The notes under the pieces were generated by a model. The model was not told the DNA's origin. It saw only the letters and a list, made by a program, of their open reading frames with translations, and did no database searches. A stretch of DNA of 64,000 nt from a virus: positions 420 to 64,419 of the IMG/VR virus record IMGVR_UViG_3300031949_000029. One strand, given 5' to 3'. Below, piece by piece: positions 63,973 to 64,000 of the stretch. The position numbers and the translations under genes were made by a program. Numbering within the stretch: the stretch's first letter is position 1; every line of letters begins with the position of its first letter.

Positions 63973-64000
63973 GGTCTACCATGAACATCCTCAGCAGCCG

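Noticed and set aside
1-64000. Amber (TAG) recoding, prompted by the tRNA array and the CUA triplet in the permuted RNA
   Set aside because: Long conserved genes are intact in code 11, and many end in TAG with the next gene starting immediately (e.g. 44883, 49712, 53036, 55642, 61065)
1-64000. CRISPR array, DGR/reverse transcriptase, integrase, rRNA
   Set aside because: No regularly spaced repeats, no RT motifs, no recombinase motifs and no rRNA-like sequence seen; the Cas4-like nuclease has no cas neighbours

Overview
The window is a large part of a tailed dsDNA bacteriophage genome, probably lytic and podovirus-like. No integrase or repressor is visible, PolA has Tyr at the 762-equivalent position, and there is no tape-measure gene but several ejection-type proteins. 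Two opposed arms diverge at about 33,590 and converge at about 1,700. The minus arm (1,750-33,573) holds many small ORFs and a 10-kb tRNA array with 32 intact tRNAs covering all 20 amino acids, plus damaged tRNAs and an antisense HNH endonuclease. It also holds a replication/recombination module (UDG-PolA fusion with an intein, cold-shock protein, SSAP-like protein, PD-(D/E)XK exonuclease, AAA_25 helicase-like protein next to iteron-like repeats, AAA+ ATPase) and TerS. The plus arm (33,604-64,000, with further plus-strand genes at 1-1,638 that may continue it) holds TerL, portal, scaffold, major capsid, head-tail and tail proteins, a lysis-like cassette and large ejection-type proteins. The most unusual signal is non-coding and lies inside the tRNA array (11,340-13,570). 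It includes a circularly permuted tRNA-like RNA followed by a start-less, ssrA-tag-like reading frame, and a ~305-nt RNA with four hand-foldable pseudoknots. It also includes a ~370-nt multi-helix RNA, a tRNA-shaped RNA with a branched anticodon domain, and three rod hairpins ending in NCCA. All RNA folds were derived by eye, and protein family calls come from motif recognition, not database searches.
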